Positions 24,371 through 28,693 of a stretch of DNA of 28,693 nucleotides are shown in pieces. The stretch is from a virus (taxonomy: Duplodnaviria; Caudoviricetes). The notes under the pieces are model-generated. The model worked only from the letters and a program-made list of their open reading frames with translations, was not told the DNA's origin and ran no database searches. Numbering within the stretch: the stretch's first letter is position 1; every line of letters starts with the position of its first letter. The position numbers and the translations under genes are program-made. The stretch is from the IMG/VR virus record IMGVR_UViG_3300017784_002655, positions 1-28,693 of that record. The stretch is one strand, 5' to 3'.

Positions 24371-25246
24371 ATGGCCCTAATCCCAGGAACCCTCCCCAAC
24401 GACACCTGCTACGGCACACCGCAGGATCTCCTCGAACTGTTCGCACAGTACTTGGACGTCCCCGCTTTTGCCTTGAACAGCAAGGTTGTTTTCTCGAATG
24501 CCAACCCCGGCTCTTTGACCGCTGACGTTATTTGGTTTGACACGGGGTATGTGGCCCCAGCCTCGGCAACCAATCCAATTCTAAAGATCACCGTGAGCGG
24601 TGGTTTCGTGGATTACATCAAGAACTATATCACCAACGCCCCTGTCGTGACCATCGTGGGAGCGGACACCGTTCTCATATTGGATGCAACCGATGGTAAC
24701 ACCAAGCGGGGATTGGTTTCTGATATCGCAGCATTGGCCGTTCCTGCCCCTGGATCTGTTACCCCAGCACAATTGTCGCAACCATTTACTAGCGGAACTG
24801 CCGTTGCAACCAGCGGAACAGCCATTGATTTTACCGGCATTCCTAGCTGGGTGAAGAGGATTACTGTGATGCTCCAAGCCGTCAGTGCAAATAGCTCTTC
24901 AAATTTACAGGTTCAAATTGGCAGTGGGAGCATAGATATAACATCAACCTATGTCGGTCACGCTTCTATTGTTACAAACAGTGTTAATCAGCTTATATTT
25001 ACTACTGGGTTTTTACTGACACAACAAACAGCCAGTGTGCAGGCATATTCTGGCGCAATGACCTGTAGTCGGTTAAATTCAAGCACAAATCTTTGGGTGG
25101 AAACAAGCTCTCTTGGTGGTGCCGGCGGTGTAAATTTTGGCGGCGGCAATAAATCATTAGCTGGCGCATTAGACCGAGTTCGCATCACTACAGTAGACGG
25201 AATAACCACCTTTACCGGAGGCTCGGTCAACATCATGTACGAGTAA
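24371..25246 (+). CDS. Tail fibre protein (anchor domain + shared tip domain)
   Basis: C-domain DFTGIPSWVKRITVM...GSVNIMYE is paralogous to 22006..22614; followed by a fibre chaperone. Confidence 0.72.
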   Translation: MALIPGTLPNDTCYGTPQDLLELFAQYLDVPAFALNSKVVFSNANPGSLTADVIWFDTGYVAPASATNPILKITVSGGFVDYIKNYITNAPVVTIVGADTVLILDATDGNTKRGLVSDIAALAVPAPGSVTPAQLSQPFTSGTAVATSGTAIDFTGIPSWVKRITVMLQAVSANSSSNLQVQIGSGSIDITSTYVGHASIVTNSVNQLIFTTGFLLTQQTASVQAYSGAMTCSRLNSSTNLWVETSSLGGAGGVNFGGGNKSLAGALDRVRITTVDGITTFTGGSVNIMYE

Positions 25247-25251
25247 TAATT

Positions 25252-25587
25252 ATGATAACAAGAATTGAAAAAAACGTACAGACCGGAACAATCAAGTATT
25301 GGGATTCCAATGATTTGGAAATAGAGAAATCACTTGCAGAGGCTGAGATTTACGAAAAAGAGCAAGCTATTATTAGGGAACAAGAGAGTCCAGCCTACAT
25401 TGCGGAACAGAAATGGGATGAAATCAGATCGAAGCGCAATGGTTTTTTAACCCAATCCGATTGGACGCAACTTGAGGATTCCAAGGAAAACAAGGGGGCT
25501 TGGGCGATATACCGCCAAGAGCTGAGAGATATTCCTCAAACCTTCCCTACACCACAAGACGTAATCTGGCCAGTACCGCCAACTTAA
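25252..25587 (+). CDS. Phage tail fibre assembly chaperone
   Basis: W..IR..RN..L..SDWTQL.D...W..YRQ.LRDIPQ...V.WP..P signature. Confidence 0.9.
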   Translation: MITRIEKNVQTGTIKYWDSNDLEIEKSLAEAEIYEKEQAIIREQESPAYIAEQKWDEIRSKRNGFLTQSDWTQLEDSKENKGAWAIYRQELRDIPQTFPTPQDVIWPVPPT

Positions 25588-25590
25588 GCC

Positions 25591-26907
25591 ATGGCTATTA
25601 CCCTAGCAGAAGCCAAGGCTACGCTTTCTGTATACGTCGACAATGGCGTGTACCAAGACGACGTCAGAGTCATCGCCCGAATCAACGAGGCGCAGAGACG
25701 TCTCTATTCGGTGCGTTCTTGGCTGGGGGTACTGGCTAAGTTCTCTGTGCCAGTAACCAACAGTTTATTTACCCTACCCAGCCCCACGGGCAATCTTACA
25801 ACCCCCGCCGGTTTCGGTTTGAGCACCGTCCTTCGGGTGGCTTCGACCACAATTCCAAACGGTTTTCTAACTAATAGCGAACAGGCTTTTCTCACAAATA
25901 GCCAAAGCTTGCTTAAGATTGCCAAACCCGCCAGTTCTTCGGATTATCGTACCTATCAAATCCAAGGGAATACCATTCCGGCCTCGGTTGAAGTAACCGG
26001 TAAGTTGGGTTTTGTCCCCGCGGCTGGTAACACCGATCTGTTGATCATTCAAGATTTGGACGCTTTAAGGTTAATGCTTCTCGCCCTTTGGCGCGAGCAG
26101 AACGGACAACTTGAGCTCTCCCAAGCTTTCGAAGCCAAGGCGGTTGAAAGACTTTCCGTTGTCACCGACAAGACTATCGAGGGCGCAAGGAGAGTTGCCT
26201 ACCAATCCCAGATCACCGGATCAAAACAAGGAACGATAGGCTACGTTCGAGCTAGAATGGCTTTGGATACGAAGGACGGATTGCATACTGACGACGCCAT
26301 GTTGTTTCACGCTATCGACCGAGCCGAAGAACATCTTATGACCAAGGGTAAGTGGTTCGGGACGATCAAGCAGTTCACCGTTAGTATTACGGCGAGCGGA
26401 GAGATATATCTCCCAACAGAAATAGATTCCGTTTTGTTCGCCTCTTTTGATTCGATGGGTGTAAATCTTTTTGCTCGGGAGTACGACTTTCACGAGAACG
26501 GTCCTGGATATCGCACTATAGATAATATCGAAAGGGTGGTTGTGGTGGATCGGGGGCAAGATTTTGTCTTGGATGCGGCTTCGGGGGAATATCTGCCGAA
26601 AAGAAAATATTTTGTGACTAAGCCTTGCGACAATAATGTTTCGGAGCCCCTGACTATTTTAGCTAAGGTTAGATTCATCCCCAAACAAAACGACGATTCA
26701 TACATGACTATTCAGAATTATCCAGCTTTAAACGAAATGGTCACGGCTCTCATGCAAACGGATAAACCAGATTTTTTCACTTTCCATGAGAACAAGGCTG
26801 TTGAACTCCTTCGCGCCGAGCTTCTTGAGAAGAGGGGCGGGGCAAGGCTTAATATGCAAGTTCAGGGTGAGGGCTTTGCTATGGGAGACATACCCGCTCT
26901 CTTGTAG
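25591..26907 (+). CDS. Tail adaptor / tubular protein A-like, internally duplicated
   Basis: Two ~210-aa homologous halves, each with 'IN.A...L.....W.G' and 'K..F.P....D...IQ...AL..M..AL' patterns; located in the tail module. Confidence 0.6.
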   Translation: MAITLAEAKATLSVYVDNGVYQDDVRVIARINEAQRRLYSVRSWLGVLAKFSVPVTNSLFTLPSPTGNLTTPAGFGLSTVLRVASTTIPNGFLTNSEQAFLTNSQSLLKIAKPASSSDYRTYQIQGNTIPASVEVTGKLGFVPAAGNTDLLIIQDLDALRLMLLALWREQNGQLELSQAFEAKAVERLSVVTDKTIEGARRVAYQSQITGSKQGTIGYVRARMALDTKDGLHTDDAMLFHAIDRAEEHLMTKGKWFGTIKQFTVSITASGEIYLPTEIDSVLFASFDSMGVNLFAREYDFHENGPGYRTIDNIERVVVVDRGQDFVLDAASGEYLPKRKYFVTKPCDNNVSEPLTILAKVRFIPKQNDDSYMTIQNYPALNEMVTALMQTDKPDFFTFHENKAVELLRAELLEKRGGARLNMQVQGEGFAMGDIPALL

Positions 26908-26936
26908 TGCAACCAATTATTGACTAACGGCTTAAA

Positions 26937-27329
26937 ATGAAAGATATCAATACTCAAGTGACCACGTATATCGAGAAGAAGATTCCGGACTACCAGCACT
27001 GGGGCAGGAAGCCGTTAAAAGAGTTTATTCAATTTTTTCTTGATTTGGGGCAACTAATTATCCATCAAGATTATAAGGGGAAGATTGATGGCGTTCTAGC
27101 CTTCCAGCTTATTGATAAGCCAGAAGACATTAGAACTTGGAAGAATGACTTTAACGCAGAAGGCGGAGCAATTATCTTTCTTGCTTCCGAGGACAAGACT
27201 ATTCGTGGGGAGCTAGTTAGAACTGCAATGGCTGTTTCCGGAGTCAGAAAATGGATTTGTTTTGAGCGGTTTAAATACGGATCCCGTATACGAGTTTTGC
27301 CTTGGGCTTTAGCGGAGAGGACATCCTAA
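26937..27329 (+). CDS. Hypothetical protein, possibly GNAT-like (positional equivalent of T7 gp13)
   Basis: 130 aa alpha/beta pattern lying between the tail genes and the internal virion genes; AT-rich. Confidence 0.45.
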   Translation: MKDINTQVTTYIEKKIPDYQHWGRKPLKEFIQFFLDLGQLIIHQDYKGKIDGVLAFQLIDKPEDIRTWKNDFNAEGGAIIFLASEDKTIRGELVRTAMAVSGVRKWICFERFKYGSRIRVLPWALAERTS

Positions 27330-28369
27330 TGGGCGGTCGTGGAGGAGGAGGGTCACCGCCCCAAGTACAGGCTCCAGTTTTAGTGGCTCCGAGGGAAGTC
27401 CCCCTTCCGGAAACCTTTGGGAGATTTCTTAGCCAAGAATCTCAGGTTCCGGCTCTTTCTTCTTTTGCCGCTAATTTGAATAAAGAGTTCAGACAGCAAC
27501 TAGAAACAGGATTGCCTGGATCTATCGGAGCGACAACGCAAATAAGCCGGTTAGTTAACCAGTTGCTCGAGGGGGAAATTCCTGCTGATGTACAGTCTCA
27601 AGTTCGTAGGAGTAGCGCCGAACAAGCTCAAGCGCTAGGACTGCCGGCTACAGGTGAGATGTCTCGTAACTTGCAAGCTCGTGATTTTGGGTTTACCTCG
27701 ATGAATCTAATGCAACAAGGAGCAGCGTATGCTCCCGGTTTGTTAGAGATGGCTAATTATTTATCTCCGCAACAGACTCAAAATTACCTATTTACAACCG
27801 GACAATTAAGGGGAGAAGACTTGGGTCGGGCTCAACAGATTGCAGACGTCGCTAATCAAAACGCCACGAATAAAACAGCGGCAGACAATCAAAACGCCAT
27901 GAACAAATACAACTACGACGTAGCAAAATCAAAAAGTAGTGGGGGTCTGTTCGGGTCAATAGGTGGTCTTGTTGGTGGCGCTATTGGATCAGCCATTATG
28001 CCTGGAGTTGGTACCGCTATCGGCGGTATGCTCGGGGGTGGTTTAGGAAGTCTCGCTGGTGGTGGTGGTTTTTCTCTCGGGTCTGGTCAGTCCGGCGGGT
28101 TGATGAGTTCTATGGCTGGGATGGGGTCTTCGCTATTCGGCGGAGGTCTAATGGGCTCAGGGGGCGGGAGTTTAGGGATTCCAGGTTATGGTAGCGGTGG
28201 TTCTGGATTGGGTGCCACAGCCTTCACGCCGATTGGACAAGCGTTTACTATGCCGCAGAATTCTTTTGGGGCCCCGCAGTATAGTCGAAATATGATTTAC
28301 GACTACTTGTCTCCGTCTTCCCCCGGAGGCTACGGTGGTGGTGGTTCGTATCCACAGAGGACATTCTAA
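27329..28369 (+). CDS. Internal virion / ejection protein with glycine-zipper region
   Basis: TAATG coupling gives the start MGGRGGGGSPP; Q/N-rich helical middle; GxxxG-rich hydrophobic C-terminal half. Confidence 0.65.
   Translation: MGGRGGGGSPPQVQAPVLVAPREVPLPETFGRFLSQESQVPALSSFAANLNKEFRQQLETGLPGSIGATTQISRLVNQLLEGEIPADVQSQVRRSSAEQAQALGLPATGEMSRNLQARDFGFTSMNLMQQGAAYAPGLLEMANYLSPQQTQNYLFTTGQLRGEDLGRAQQIADVANQNATNKTAADNQNAMNKYNYDVAKSKSSGGLFGSIGGLVGGAIGSAIMPGVGTAIGGMLGGGLGSLAGGGGFSLGSGQSGGLMSSMAGMGSSLFGGGLMGSGGGSLGIPGYGSGGSGLGATAFTPIGQAFTMPQNSFGAPQYSRNMIYDYLSPSSPGGYGGGGSYPQRTF
27854..27907 (+). repeat. Short in-frame direct repeat (NQNATNK / NQNAMNK)
   Basis: aatcaaaacgccacgaataaa (27854-27874) and aatcaaaacgccatgaacaaa (27887-27907), 19/21 identical. 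Confidence 0.85.
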
Positions 28370-28372
28370 TTT

Positions 28373-28693
28373 ATGGCTGAAGCATATCCACTCCCCGCAG
28401 GTTTCAGAGCACCCGCAGAGTACCGAACTCCAGATATGTCGGCAATATCCTACAAATCTGGGGATACTGTTTCTGATGATCGGGAAAATGCTGATAATTT
28501 TATACGGCAATGGAACGCGGCAACAAACATTACGAATGCTGACCGGCAGGTATCATTACGCGAGAAGCAGTTTCAACAGTTGATTGTCCAGAATGATCGT
28601 GACTTCGACCTAAAGCGGGAGAAGCAGGATCAAGATATTCGGACTGGGGATTTAGATTTTGAACTTAAGAAATTTAAGTATGATAGCGACAAG
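28373..28693 (+). CDS. Probable internal virion protein, truncated by the window end (not in ORF track)
   Basis: Open frame from ATG 28373 (MAEAYPLPAGFRAPAEYRTPDMS...KKFKYDSDK) to the end of the window with no stop. Confidence 0.75.
   Translation, partial: MAEAYPLPAGFRAPAEYRTPDMSAISYKSGDTVSDDRENADNFIRQWNAATNITNADRQVSLREKQFQQLIVQNDRDFDLKREKQDQDIRTGDLDFELKKFKYDSDK

Noticed and set aside
24791-24827. Near-tandem repeat agcggaactgccgttg / agcggaacagccattg
   Set aside because: Real (14/16) but explained by the SGTAV/SGTAI peptide repeat; no sign of a separate function.
22006-25246. Diversity-generating retroelement or invertible shufflon acting on the fibre paralogs
   Set aside because: Differences are not adenine-specific, both copies are coding and in direct orientation, and no reverse transcriptase or invertase is present in the window.
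1-28693. Alternative genetic code, tRNA genes, integrase/att sites
   Set aside because: Genes are full length under the standard code with TAA, TGA and TAG all used as stops; no cloverleaf or recombinase motifs were seen by eye.

Overview
A densely coded 28.7-kb fragment of a tailed dsDNA phage genome with podovirus-like (short-tail) gene order. The host is probably Gram-negative (lipobox spanin-like gene), and the fibre modules resemble those I recognise from aquatic phages. The left arm (minus strand, 1-4985) carries small hypothetical genes, a dATP/dGTP-diphosphohydrolase-like gene, an SSB-like protein, a DUF2800/Cas4-like nuclease, an SF2 helicase and a RuvC-like resolvase. After a 49-bp divergent gap, the plus strand carries the large terminase, portal, a small head gene, scaffold, a 708-aa double-glycosyltransferase-like/FkbM-methyltransferase fusion, a ~260-nt highly structured non-coding leader and the major capsid protein. 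These are followed by putative head-accessory proteins, a lysis cassette (XhlA-like protein, u-spanin-like lipoprotein, holin, CHAP lysin), a PD-(D/E)XK endonuclease, a tail nozzle, modular fibre genes with chaperones, an internally duplicated tail adaptor and internal virion proteins. The best candidates for new biology are: a virion glycosylation/methylation enzyme embedded in the head operon, a switchable structured RNA in front of the capsid gene, a tandem-duplicated adaptor, a four-copy docking-like motif spanning two genes, and nested or cassette-like fibre domains. I saw no tRNA, CRISPR array, integrase, reverse transcriptase or DNA polymerase. All family calls come from reading motifs by eye; no searches or folding programs were run.
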